A stretch of DNA of 64,000 nt, taken from an uncultured Actinomycetes bacterium. GTDB taxonomy: Bacteria; Actinomycetota; Actinomycetes; Streptosporangiales; Streptosporangiaceae. The position numbers and the translations under genes are program-made. The stretch spans positions 1 through 64,000 of the forward strand of contig CAVWLF010000001.1 in NCBI GenBank assembly GCA_963755815.1, read 5' to 3'. Position 1 is the first letter of the stretch; each line of letters begins with the position of its first letter. Under the pieces are notes generated by a model. The model was not told the DNA's origin, did no database searches, and saw only the letters and a program-made list of their open reading frames with translations. This document shows, one piece after another, positions 1-9,054 of the stretch.

Positions 1-170
1 GCAGGCGCGCTAACCAAGCTGCGCCACATCCCGTCAAGCCAGCCGAAGCCTATCCTGTCCGATCAGCCCAGGACGGGCACCGGGTCTCGCCCGCCCCTCG
101 CGCGCCTGCGGGCGCGGCTACTGCGGCCGTGCGGGAACGGTACGCTACGGTGTGGCGGCCAAGCCGCTGC

Positions 171-244
171 GCGGGCGTAGCTCAATGGTAGAGCCCCAGC
201 CTTCCAAGCTGGTCATGCCGGTTCGATCCCGGTCGCCCGCTCCA
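171..244 (+). tRNA. tRNA-Gly (anticodon TCC)
   Basis: Cloverleaf read by eye. Acceptor stem GCGGGCG/CGCCCGC. D-arm TAGCTCAATGGTAGAGC. Anticodon stem CCAGC/GCTGG with loop CTTCCAA (U33, TCC, A37). T-arm CCGGTTCGATCCCGG. Encoded 3' CCA. Confidence 0.85.
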
Positions 245-484
245 CCGCTCCTCCGCAGGTCAGCGCTATAATCCTCGCACCGCTGACCTATGTCACGACG
301 CGTTCCTCGTGCCCATGCCCGGTACGGTCAGCGATCATCAGGGATGAACTCGATCGGGGCGACATCAGCAAGCGGGCCGCCATTGAGGCAACGCCGGTCC
401 AGTCACTACAGGCATCTGGCCCGGGCGGGCACGACGCGGTGCCAGCCGGGCCAGAACGGGGTCGCTACAAGCTGCAGCTCGCCG

Positions 485-1114
485 TCACGATGTTCCGCCC
501 CTGAGGAAGATCGCAATGGTGCGGGGCTGCAGCGGAGTGGCGTGAGCAGTGCAGGTGTAAGAGCCCTTGTCGATGAGCGCGAAGTTGGTCTGCTCACCGT
601 TCGTCAGCTGGAAGTTACCGAAGCTCAGCTCCGTTCCGGCTGGCATTGCCGCGGGATTGATCGTGATGGTCCGAACGTAGCGGGTCCGCGGGATGGACAC
701 GACGTGCAAGAGACCGGCCGGGGCCGGGTCGGAGGAGCAAAAGCTGCCCACCGTGACCTTGGCGGAGATGCCGTCTCGCGCGAGGTCGCGTTGCAGGGTG
801 CCGGGCTCGAGGAGCACCTTCGGCTTGATGGTCAGCGTGGCCGTGCCGTTGGCGTTGCTGACCAGCGTGAAGGCCGCGGTTTGGATCGTGCTTGTGCCGT
901 GCACCGGTGCGGAGCTGGCCAGGCCAACGGCCAGCACCGCGGTCACCGCCACCGTCCCGGTTCCGGCCAGGCCAATGAGCCTGCGGCGCCTGCGTGTTGT
1001 CCGGCCCTGCCGCACGATGGTATCCAGCGGCGTGCTCATCCGAACCTCGGAGAGGGAGTCCTTGGCCGTGGTGAGAGAGTCCTGGACGGTGCCGAGCGCG
1101 CTGTCGTCGTTCAT
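485..1114 (-). CDS. putative anti-sigma factor, single-pass membrane protein
   Basis: ORF directly downstream of the ECF sigma gene with an ATGA start/stop overlap. Basic RRRRR stretch followed by a hydrophobic segment (TM). No recognisable enzymatic motifs. Confidence 0.5.
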   Translation of the reverse strand: MNDDSALGTVQDSLTTAKDSLSEVRMSTPLDTIVRQGRTTRRRRRLIGLAGTGTVAVTAVLAVGLASSAPVHGTSTIQTAAFTLVSNANGTATLTIKPKVLLEPGTLQRDLARDGISAKVTVGSFCSSDPAPAGLLHVVSIPRTRYVRTITINPAAMPAGTELSFGNFQLTNGEQTNFALIDKGSYTCTAHATPLQPRTIAIFLRGGTS

Positions 1115-1623
1115 TTCCGTATCTCCTGATCATCGTGATGCGGGATCGCGGATCGCAGCGTCGCTACCGCTTTGTGCAGGTGGGCGCTGACGGTCCCGGG
1201 GGCAATGCCTAGGAGCTTGGCCGTGGTCTCGGTGTCCAGGTCGAGCAGCAGCCGCAGGGTGACGACCTCGCGCTGACGCAACGGCAGCCGGCGAAGCGCG
1301 GCTACCAGCTCGCCGCTCATCACAGAGTCCTGATCTGCCGGAATCGCGCTGTCGTGGCTGCCCAGGGCGACCTCGCGCCGGTGGCGCCGCCACCGGGACA
1401 CGTTCACGTTCAGCGCCGCGCGCACCACCCAGGCCCGCGGCGCCTGCAGGTCGCGCACCTTCCGCCATGCCATCCACGCCCGGGCGAACCCCTCCGCGAC
1501 CAGTTCCTCGGCAAGCAGCCGGTCACCGACGTTGAGCAGCACGATCCGCAGGCAGTCATCACGGGCGGACTCGTAGAACTCGGCGAACTCCATCGACGTT
1601 TGCTCCACACCCCATACACGCAT
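1111..1623 (-). CDS. ECF-family RNA polymerase sigma-70 factor
   Basis: Region 2 and region 4 motifs (LVAEGFARAWMAWRKV; TLRLLLDLDTETTAKLLGIAPGTVSAHLHKA). Alternative start at internal Met about 1593, which has GGAG 9 nt upstream. Confidence 0.8.
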   Translation of the reverse strand: MRVWGVEQTSMEFAEFYESARDDCLRIVLLNVGDRLLAEELVAEGFARAWMAWRKVRDLQAPRAWVVRAALNVNVSRWRRHRREVALGSHDSAIPADQDSVMSGELVAALRRLPLRQREVVTLRLLLDLDTETTAKLLGIAPGTVSAHLHKAVATLRSAIPHHDDQEIRK

Positions 1624-1740
1624 CAGCCGCCGGATTCCTTTATCTCCCCTCCGGCTCCTGGCGCAGTCAATCGGCCACCGGTGATGAGGGCGTGTCCTAC
1701 CACCTCTGCCGCACCCTCAGCAATGGGGGACGGCAATGTA

Positions 1741-1953
1741 GCCGGTCAGGACTCCAAGTAGCGGAGGACGGCGAGTACCCGGCGGTGGTCGGCGTCTGGG
1801 GGGGCAGGCCGAGCTTGCTGAAGATGTTTCCCACGTGCTTTTCGACGGACCGCTCGGAAACACCAGGATCGCGGCGATCGCGGCGTTGGAGCGGCCTTCG
1901 GCCATCAGCGCCAGCACCTCGCGTTCCCTGGTCGTGAGCGTGCCGAGCCCGTC
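1741..1953 (-). pseudogene. gene fragment: LuxR-type HTH C-terminus, near-identical copy of the 3' end of the response-regulator gene at 4275-4489
   Basis: About 213 bp nearly identical to 4275-4489, with a 1-nt indel and a few substitutions. Encodes LTTREREVLALMAEGRSNAAIAAIL, then the reading frame is lost. No receiver domain upstream. Confidence 0.5.
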
Positions 1954-1955
1954 AT

Positions 1956-2329
1956 TTAGCGCGGGTACAGTCCGCGGATTGCTGGCTCGGTTTCCGTCAC
2001 GCCCTTGGCGGCCTCCCAACGCCACAGGGCAATGTCGCTGGTGAGATCGGCAAACCAGCAGTCAGCTATCGTTCCGGCTGGCTGCAAGTACCAGGCGTCC
2101 CGTGCAGCGCCGCCGCCGTCAGGTTGCCGTCGAGAAACCGGAACAGGCGGGAACTTCCGCGGGCAGTGCGCCTCCGGGTCTTGCTGGGCCAGGTCATCGA
2201 GCCCTGCCTGCATCGCCGGGGTGGCGTAAACACGGATGGCCGAGACAACCGAGTTGGCATGGAATAGAAGGCCTTGGCCCGGTCCACGTCGGAGACCGGG
2301 ATGACGACTACCTCAAGGTGGGTGTCCAT
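1956..2329 (-). pseudogene. VOC/glyoxalase-family gene remnant (frameshifted)
   Basis: N-terminal peptide MDTHLEVVVIPVSDVDRAKAFY is typical of glyoxalase/bleomycin-resistance (VOC) proteins. The frame then breaks. A second frame carries a plausible C-terminal segment. Confidence 0.3.
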
Positions 2330-3306
2330 GGTCCGGTCATATCCGGCTCGGGAAGAAATCCGAACACTGCGAGCAGGCCAGGATTTCCGAACGAGGTAAC
2401 CTGGCTGATCCCGCGGTCGGTCACGGTCAGCACGCAGACGCCGTAGGGCTGCAGCTGCCCGTCAGCGTCCCGCGCGTACACCGCTGCGGCGGGCTGCCCG
2501 TTGGCGCCGGTGGCCAGCATCCGCCAGTCGCCGGCGGCGCCGAGGACGCGGTCGCGCAGGAACGGGATGCAGGCACGGCGGCCCGAGAACCAGGACCGCA
2601 GCGGCGTCGCCTCCAGGATGACGTCCTCGACCAGCAGCCGCTCGAGGGCAGCGGCGTCGGCGTTCTCGAACGCGGCGATGTACTCATCCAGCAGCGCCCG
2701 CGCCTGCGGCATGTCCGGCTCGGTGATCTGATCAGCTGCGGGGGCTACTTCCTCCAGCCGGGCCCGGGCCCGCTGCAGCGCGCTCTTCACTGACGCCGTC
2801 GTCGTTTCGAGCATGACCGCGACCTGCGCGGCGGGAAACTCGAGCACGTCGCGCAGGACGAGCACGGCGCGCTGCCGGGGCGGCAGATACTGCAGGCTCG
2901 CGATGAGTGCCAGCCGCAGGCTCTCGCGGGCGGTGACGATGACCGCCGGGTCGGCCGCCTCCGGGATCGCCAGCGTGTCCGGGACCGGGTCGAGCCACGC
3001 GACGGCCGGTCCGGCGTCCTCGGGCCATACCGCCGGATCCGGCTCCGCATCGTATAGTCCCGACGGCAGCACCCGGCGATCGCGACGGGACAGCGCCGTG
3101 AGGCACGCATTGGTGGCGATCTGGTACAGCCACGTGCGCACCGAGGACCGGCCCTCGAAACTGTCGTACGAGCGCCACGCGCGCAGGTAGGTCTCCTGGA
3201 CCAGGTCCTCGGCGTCCGCTACCGAGCCGAGCATCCGATAGCAGTGCGCGAACAGCTCGCGCCGGAACGGCTCCGTGTCCCGGCCGAACGCCGCGCTATC
3301 CGGCAT
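2308..3306 (-). CDS. ECF sigma factor, SigJ-type with C-terminal SnoaL-like domain
   Basis: 332 aa. N-terminal sigma-70 region 2 (DLVQETYLRAWRSYDSFEG, WLYQIATNACL), region 4 HTH and a long C-terminal extension, as in the TIGR02960 SigJ-like family. Confidence 0.8.
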   Translation of the reverse strand: MPDSAAFGRDTEPFRRELFAHCYRMLGSVADAEDLVQETYLRAWRSYDSFEGRSSVRTWLYQIATNACLTALSRRDRRVLPSGLYDAEPDPAVWPEDAGPAVAWLDPVPDTLAIPEAADPAVIVTARESLRLALIASLQYLPPRQRAVLVLRDVLEFPAAQVAVMLETTTASVKSALQRARARLEEVAPAADQITEPDMPQARALLDEYIAAFENADAAALERLLVEDVILEATPLRSWFSGRRACIPFLRDRVLGAAGDWRMLATGANGQPAAAVYARDADGQLQPYGVCVLTVTDRGISQVTSFGNPGLLAVFGFLPEPDMTGPWTPTLR

Positions 3307-3309
3307 CAG

Positions 3310-3900
3310 TCACACCGGCCGGCCGAGGTAGGCGGCGAGCTGGTCCGCGGGCCCGGCCCCGGCCGGCGCGGGCGCGACGGGCCCGAACGGGGCCTGCCCG
3401 TCCGGCCCGCGGAAACCGTCGGTGATCGCCAGCCGTGCCGAGGCGAGCAGCCCGGTCGCCAGCTCGGGGTCCAGGTCGCTCGGGTAGCCGATAGCGCGGG
3501 CCAGGTCCCAGCCGTGAGCGAACTGATCGAGGGCTGCCATGCTCCGCACGGCAGCGCCCGGGAACTCGCCGAACGGCAGCCGGATCATCCGGCCGAGCAC
3601 GCCATCGGCCTCGAACGCCGCCGCCGCCATCCGGGCGCTCTCCTCGTAGGCGGCGACGAAATCACCGGCCGTGTAGTCCGCGTCGGTGGGCTCGCTAGTG
3701 CCGCTGACGACACCGGCCCACCAGCGGGCCGTGTCGGTGAAGTGGTTGATCAGCGCGCGAACGTCCCAGGATGCACACGGCGTGGGTGCATCCAGGTCGC
3801 CGGGCTGCACTTTCTGAAGGACTGCCAGGGTGCTGCTCAGGGCTCTATCCAGTTCGGTCACGTGCTCGCTCCTGATTCTCTCGCCTGCCAAGGCCGTCAA
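3310..3900 (-). CDS. DinB_2 / mycothiol-dependent maleylpyruvate-isomerase N-terminal-domain family protein (TIGR03086-like)
   Basis: 196 aa. Motifs TPCASWDVRALINHF and the later segment resemble the actinobacterial TIGR03086 family. Assignment from memory of the family, not computed. Confidence 0.65.
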   Translation of the reverse strand: MTALAGERIRSEHVTELDRALSSTLAVLQKVQPGDLDAPTPCASWDVRALINHFTDTARWWAGVVSGTSEPTDADYTAGDFVAAYEESARMAAAAFEADGVLGRMIRLPFGEFPGAAVRSMAALDQFAHGWDLARAIGYPSDLDPELATGLLASARLAITDGFRGPDGQAPFGPVAPAPAGAGPADQLAAYLGRPV

Positions 3901-4279
3901 TCAGGTAGACCTGGCCGCCCGGCGAAAGGAATCGGTACCGTTCGATCAGGTCTCGGTGATGATCTTGACGGGCTGGCCCGTGACGGGCTGCGATGCCCAG
4001 GCCGGGCATACCCCAACTCCCGGAGCGCGGGCGCTACCTGCTCACGCATCATCAGGTCATACGCCTGCTGCACCCCCGTTGACGCTGACCCAGCCTGCGA
4101 CTTGCTCGACACCAGCACCGCCCCTTCGCGGAACGCGCATTCGCAAATGCCAGCATCGACCCTAGGCCCATCTGCATCGATCAGGCCAGCCGCTCAAGTC
4201 GGCCGGCGACCGTTCCTGCCACCGCGCAGCGACCCAGATCCCGCAGACATTTTGCGAATGGTGTGGGCAATGTGGCCGG

Positions 4280-4936
4280 TCAGGACTCCAGGTAGCGGAG
4301 GACGGCGAGTACCCGGCGGTGGTCGGCGTCTGAGGGGGGCAGGCCGAGCTTGCTGAAGATGTTCCCCACGTGCTTTTCGACGGACCGCTCGGAAACCACC
4401 AGGATCGCGGCGATCGCGGCGTTGGAGCGGCCTTCGGCCATCAGCGCCAGCACCTCGCGTTCCCTGGTCGTGAGCGTGCCGAGCCCGTCGTTGCGGCGGC
4501 TGGCGCCGAGCAGTTGCGTGACGACCTCCGGGTCGAGGGCGGTGCCGCCGGCGGCCACCCGGCTCAGCGCCTCGACGAACTCCTCGACGTCGCCGACCCG
4601 GTCCTTGAGCAGGTACCCGACCCCCGCTGCACCGCCGCCCGACGCCGCGCCGAGCAGGTCAGCCGCGTAGCGGGTCTCGATGTACTGAGAGAACACCAGC
4701 ACCCCGGTCTTGGGGTGGTCGCGGCGGATGGCGATCGCGGCGCGCAGGCCCTCGTCGGTGTAGCCGGGCGGCATCCGCACGTCCACCACGGCGGCGTCTG
4801 GGTGGTGCTCGTCCACCGCCGCTAGCAGATCGTCGGCGTTACCAACGGCGGCCGCCACTTGGTGGCCGCTGTCGGTCAGGATTTCGGCCAGGCCCGCTCG
4901 CACTACGGCCGAGTCTTCGGCGATCACGATCCGCAT
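4280..4936 (-). CDS. two-component response regulator, NarL/LuxR family
   Basis: Receiver domain (MRIVIAEDSAVVRAGL, DAAVVDVRMP, LVFSQY) plus LuxR HTH (LTTREREVLALMAEGRSNAAIAAILVVSERSVEKHV). Start set at MRIVI with GGAGC 6 nt upstream; the longer ORF 5' extension is low-complexity. Confidence 0.85.
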   Translation of the reverse strand: MRIVIAEDSAVVRAGLAEILTDSGHQVAAAVGNADDLLAAVDEHHPDAAVVDVRMPPGYTDEGLRAAIAIRRDHPKTGVLVFSQYIETRYAADLLGAASGGGAAGVGYLLKDRVGDVEEFVEALSRVAAGGTALDPEVVTQLLGASRRNDGLGTLTTREREVLALMAEGRSNAAIAAILVVSERSVEKHVGNIFSKLGLPPSDADHRRVLAVLRYLES

Positions 4937-4952
4937 GGGGGCTCCGGTTCGG

Positions 4953-5801
4953 TCAGGCGTGGGACGGCAGCTCGACGGTGACCGCGGTGGGGCCTCCGGG
5001 CGGACTGCTGATGCCCAGCTTGCCGTCCACGGTCCGGACCCGCTCAGTGAGCCCGGCCAGGCCGCCGCGGGCGACGACTCCGGCGCCGCCGGTGCCATCA
5101 TCGCTGACCCGCATCCGCAGCAGGCCAGGCACATGGACCGCCTCCAGCCTGGCATGCCGGGCGCCGCTGTGCTTGGTCACGTTGGTGAGCAGCTCGGCTG
5201 CGCAGAAGTAGGCGATGGTCTCGATCGCGGCCGACGGGCGCTCGGGCAGGTCGATAACGAGGTCGACGGGCAGGTCGCTGCGCGCGGCCAGGGTGGTGAG
5301 TGCGACGCCCAGGCCCTGGTCGAGCACTGAGGGGTGAATGCCGCGGGCTAGGTCACGCAGCTCGGTGATGGCCTCCTTGACCCCGCGGTGGGCAGCGGCG
5401 ACCAGCTCCAGGACCCGGTCCAGGTCGGTCTGCCCGGTCCCGTCGACCATGCCGCCGAGCTTCTTGGCGGCCAGCCCCAGCTTCATGGTGACAGCAACCA
5501 GCTGCGCCTGCGCGCCGTCGTGAAGGTCCCGCTCGATCCGGCGCAGCCTGGCGGCCGACTGGTCCACCAAATGCGCCCGGGACTGCTCCAGATCACGAAC
5601 CCGCTGCGGCAGCGGAGCAACGAGCAGCCGGTAGGCGATCCAGAGTTCCAGCGCTCCCACCGCTATCAGCGCCGCGCCCCACCAGAAGCCGTAAGAGCAC
5701 AGGATGACGCCAAGGATGAACAACCAGAGACTGACGGCCAAGCACGCGCGGCCCCAGGCCTTGGGGTGGCGATATGCGGCGGGCCGCAGCAGAATTCTCA
5801 T
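4953..5801 (-). CDS. sensor histidine kinase (HisKA_3/HATPase_c), partner of the NarL-type regulator
   Basis: Two N-terminal TM helices. H-box ERDLHDGAQAQL. HATPase motifs (ELLTNVTKHSGA, DDGTGG, GGLAGL). Start MRILL chosen because the ATGAGAaTtCTG context is conserved with the paralog at 6346. The ORF can extend to 5897. Confidence 0.8.
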   Translation of the reverse strand: MRILLRPAAYRHPKAWGRACLAVSLWLFILGVILCSYGFWWGAALIAVGALELWIAYRLLVAPLPQRVRDLEQSRAHLVDQSAARLRRIERDLHDGAQAQLVAVTMKLGLAAKKLGGMVDGTGQTDLDRVLELVAAAHRGVKEAITELRDLARGIHPSVLDQGLGVALTTLAARSDLPVDLVIDLPERPSAAIETIAYFCAAELLTNVTKHSGARHARLEAVHVPGLLRMRVSDDGTGGAGVVARGGLAGLTERVRTVDGKLGISSPPGGPTAVTVELPSHA

Positions 5802-6130
5802 GATCAGAGGTTCCGAGGGAGCACTGTCGTCACTCGGCGCGTATGTCGAGATGCCGTCAGCGACCTGGGATGCCTTGGCCATTCGGGTCACCCACATCTC
5901 AATGCTCGCCGGGCCCGCGAAGCCTGGGAGGAATTGGTATCAAGAGTGAATATGCCGCCTCGCGCTGGCACAGGAGGGCTGGACCGCTGATCAATCGCCG
6001 GGCTGGCGCACCTGTCCATCGCGCTCCTCGCTCCTTTAGTATCCGCCGCAAGCTCGCGCCACGAGCATGAAGCATCTCCCCAAGCGGGCCGGGGGTTGCT
6101 CGGTCCCCGTTACGGGGAGATGCTTCCAAG

Positions 6131-6346
6131 CTAGGTCTGGACACTGGCCTGCAGACGGTAGGCGGTCCAGAAGATCAGCGCCGCCCCCGCCAGCGGCAGC
6201 ACGCCCAACCAGGCGAGCGGGCCCAGCCAGGGGCCGGAAGTGAGCAGGAGCACGGCCAGGGCGACGTTGAAGACGCCACAGGCAACGCGCACACGAACCC
6301 ACACATGGGGGTAGCGGTATTCGCGTGACCTGACCAGAAATCTCAT
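6131..6346 (-). CDS. small two-TM membrane protein, paralog of the sensor-kinase N-terminal module
   Basis: MRFLVRSREYRYPHVW followed by two hydrophobic helices, aligning with kinase residues MRILLRPAAYRHPKAW... The 5' leader is conserved with the kinase gene. No kinase domains follow. Confidence 0.45.
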   Translation of the reverse strand: MRFLVRSREYRYPHVWVRVRVACGVFNVALAVLLLTSGPWLGPLAWLGVLPLAGAALIFWTAYRLQASVQT

Positions 6347-7014
6347 GAGGGCAGATCGCGAGGAAGCGGTCTTGTCATTCGGCGGGAACATCGGAATGCC
6401 TCCTGGGAGCTGCGGTACCGGGCCACCCCGGTCACCTGTATCTCAATGCTCGCCGCCCGCGAACAGGACATCCACCGTGCGGATACCCGAACCTGAGGTG
6501 GGGCTAGCACGGTCCCCCGGCTCACCCGGCAGCTACGAGGAGGACGAGGGCCAGCACGACAAATATGGGCACGGCTGAGTCATTCGGAATCGCAGTCACT
6601 GAAGGCTGGGTGTTTCGGTAAATGCTTGCCGTCTAACAGTCGACGGCAAAGCATCGTCTGCGTGACGTAACTTCAGGCCGCGCCTTGGGGGCCACAGAGG
6701 TGCTCTGCCAGCAGTGCGGCGACACCGGCAGCCCGGTCGACGGGCACTTCGAAGCGGGCGCAGGGACAAGCGGAACAGGCCGACGCGCGGGTGCTTAGCC
6801 TGGCATTACCGGCGGATAAAGCGCGCGAAAACGTCACTCGGGGTAGCGATAGCCTCACCTAGAAGAACAATGGACGCCTTCATCTTCTCATTACCGAATC
6901 TTTACCAGGTGAAATTCTTGCCCGAAAGGTCCCTGCTGATAGAAAGGAAATTGGTACTGCCCTAGCCCCTGGCAGCCGCAGAGAACTCACCCGGCACAGT
7001 GAGCAGGAGCAGCC

Positions 7015-7359
7015 ATGAATGCCGTGACCAGTACCGGGAAGGCTGCCCATCCGGCCAGGTCACCGCGCAGCGCCCGCGGCACGCGGCCAGGCACGGACAC
7101 CCCGGCGGTCCCTCCCGCGGGCCAGCCCGGTCACGGTCTTAACGCGAGGCTGCGGCGCCAGCCGGTCCGGATCGTGGACGGCCGGATCGAAGGCGGCTAC
7201 ACCGACGCGTTCGAGGTCATCTGCCCCGACTGCGGCGACCATCAATACCTGGATTACGGCGAGGTCATACCCCGGCTCCGGCGCCTGCGCGGGCCCCGCA
7301 CGCTGGAGGCGGGCCTGGCGGAGTATGAACGACACCTCGGACTCGGACTGACTGGCTGA
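7015..7359 (+). CDS. hypothetical protein with a CPDCGDH metal-binding-like motif
   Basis: 114-aa ORF with GGAGCAGCC RBS immediately upstream. Basic low-complexity N-terminus. ATGA overlap with the following regulator gene. Confidence 0.5.
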   Translation: MNAVTSTGKAAHPARSPRSARGTRPGTDTPAVPPAGQPGHGLNARLRRQPVRIVDGRIEGGYTDAFEVICPDCGDHQYLDYGEVIPRLRRLRGPRTLEAGLAEYERHLGLGLTG

Positions 7360-7685
7360 TGGACGTGCTCCGGGCTCGTCATGCCCGGGACCACGTGCAT
7401 CGCATCGAGGCCGGGAAGGCGGCGACCATACCTCCGACCGGCCAGGCCCGGCACGCGAACGAGCGCGATTCAAGTGCACCCGGAGCATCGGCGCTGACCG
7501 GTGCCGAACTGCGCCTGCTGCCGCTGCTCTCCACCCACCTGTCGCTTCCGGAGATCGCCGGGGAATTCTCGCTGTCCCCGCACACCATCAAGTCGCAGGC
7601 GTCGTCGATCTACCGGAAGCTGGGGGCCTCCTCCCGCAGCCAGGCGGTCGCCCTATCCCGCGAGCTTGGACTCCTGGAGGTTTGA
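7359..7685 (+). CDS. small LuxR-type HTH transcriptional regulator (HTH only)
   Basis: C-terminal LTGAELRLLPLLSTHLSLPEIAGEFSLSPHTIKSQASSIYRKLGASSRSQAV matches the GerE/LuxR HTH signature. Confidence 0.55.
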   Translation: MDVLRARHARDHVHRIEAGKAATIPPTGQARHANERDSSAPGASALTGAELRLLPLLSTHLSLPEIAGEFSLSPHTIKSQASSIYRKLGASSRSQAVALSRELGLLEV

Positions 7686-7766
7686 CCATCCGGTCGTTCA
7701 CCCATCAGCGGATGAACGGCAGACCCAGGGGCGACTTCAAAGCTGACTGCAGGAGTTCGTCCTTTG

Positions 7767-8294
7767 CTAGCTGGGCTGCTGGAGGAGCTTGACCATTATC
7801 AGGCACGGGTTTTCGGGCCATAGGCCGTGAATCTCCTCCAGCGGCCGGAAGCCCATGGCCGCGTAGAACTGCCGCGTCCGGTCGTAGCCAGCGTCAGGCC
7901 GGGACGGACCGAGGGTCTTGACCTGGAGCAGCTCAACCCCGTCGGCGATCAGATCGGCCTCCAGGGCTTCGACCAGACCCCGGCCGACACCGCGGCGATG
8001 CGTGGCGGGCTCCACGGCCATCAGGTAAATCTCGGCTGCGCCGGGGAAATGGCGAGCCGCCAGTAGCACCCCCACCGGCGCGCGCTTCCCCACCCGGGCC
8101 TGCGGCGCAGCACTAGGCCACGCCAGGTAGGTGGGCAGCTCGCGGGCCATCTCGACGTACTCGATGATCGCGGACTCGATTCCGAACCAATCAGGCAGCG
8201 AGCGCAGCAGCCGGTCGACCGCATCGGGGTCCTGCTCGCCCGAGGTCACGTGCCACGGCGGGGATGCCGGAACTTGCCCGATGCCAGAAGTCAT
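7767..8294 (-). CDS. GNAT family N-acetyltransferase
   Basis: Acetyl-CoA binding motif region YLMAVEPATHRRGVGRGLVEAL and C-terminal FYAAMGF. Confidence 0.75.
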   Translation of the reverse strand: MTSGIGQVPASPPWHVTSGEQDPDAVDRLLRSLPDWFGIESAIIEYVEMARELPTYLAWPSAAPQARVGKRAPVGVLLAARHFPGAAEIYLMAVEPATHRRGVGRGLVEALEADLIADGVELLQVKTLGPSRPDAGYDRTRQFYAAMGFRPLEEIHGLWPENPCLIMVKLLQQPS

Positions 8295-8342
8295 TCCCGC
8301 ACGCTAGCCTGACCCCCGCCGCGGCGGTGATGAGGCCTCGCC

Positions 8343-9041
8343 TCATTCGGTCCACGACTCGGTGCGGCATAGACGATCCCGCCACAGCCGGACGCCATCC
8401 CCCTTCGGCTGCCATCGCTCGCACCGGCGAAGCATGGCGCGGCATCGCGCGAGCATGGCCTGCTGGCGTGATGCCCAGGCAGGAGCAGAGCCGTACGCGT
8501 CGAAGAGCCCGTCCAGGGCCGAGGCGTGCTCAGGGTGATGCATGCGGACGATCCACTCGCACCAGGCCAGGTCCTCGACTGGATGTCCGAGGTGGGCCCA
8601 TTCCCAGTCCAGGACAGCTGTGATCGCATCGGCAGCCGGGTCGAGCAGGACATTATTCGGCCCATAGTCGCCGTGGACCAGGACACTAGGAGCCTGGCCC
8701 GGACCGCCAGCAATGACTAGCGCGGGATCAATCGAGTGGATGCGCCTGAGCATCTGCCCGCACGCCCGCAGGACGTGTTCAGCCAGGCCAGCCTCGATCA
8801 GGTCCTGACCGTGGACACCGACCATGAAGGCCATGCACAGCCAATCGGCACCGGCGTCTACGACCCTGGGAATGGGCAGGCGGCCCGCAAGCCCGCGCAG
8901 CACCGCAGCCTCAAGCGCGCACCGGTCGACGGCGTCAGGCCCCTGATAGCCCTTGATCACCGTGAACCCGGCACGAGTGGTGCGGTTCGTGTAGCCATGC
9001 GGCATCCGCTCAGAGATCGTCCGGCCGCCCTCGAAGTCCAA
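8343..9041 (-). CDS. phosphotransferase enzyme family protein (APH-like kinase)
   Basis: Catalytic Brenner-type motif HGDYGPNNVLLD and a downstream DWEW segment typical of aminoglycoside/choline-kinase-like phosphotransferases. Confidence 0.75.
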   Translation of the reverse strand: MDFEGGRTISERMPHGYTNRTTRAGFTVIKGYQGPDAVDRCALEAAVLRGLAGRLPIPRVVDAGADWLCMAFMVGVHGQDLIEAGLAEHVLRACGQMLRRIHSIDPALVIAGGPGQAPSVLVHGDYGPNNVLLDPAADAITAVLDWEWAHLGHPVEDLAWCEWIVRMHHPEHASALDGLFDAYGSAPAWASRQQAMLARCRAMLRRCERWQPKGDGVRLWRDRLCRTESWTE

Positions 9042-9054
9042 CTAGCGCGGGCCG

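Noticed and set aside
290-1190. Several overlapping ORFs on both strands (290..1129 +, 615..1133 -, 693..1190 +)
   Set aside because: They are alternative frames of the anti-sigma gene region. Only the 485..1114 minus frame has a membrane-protein-like profile and operon coupling with the sigma gene.
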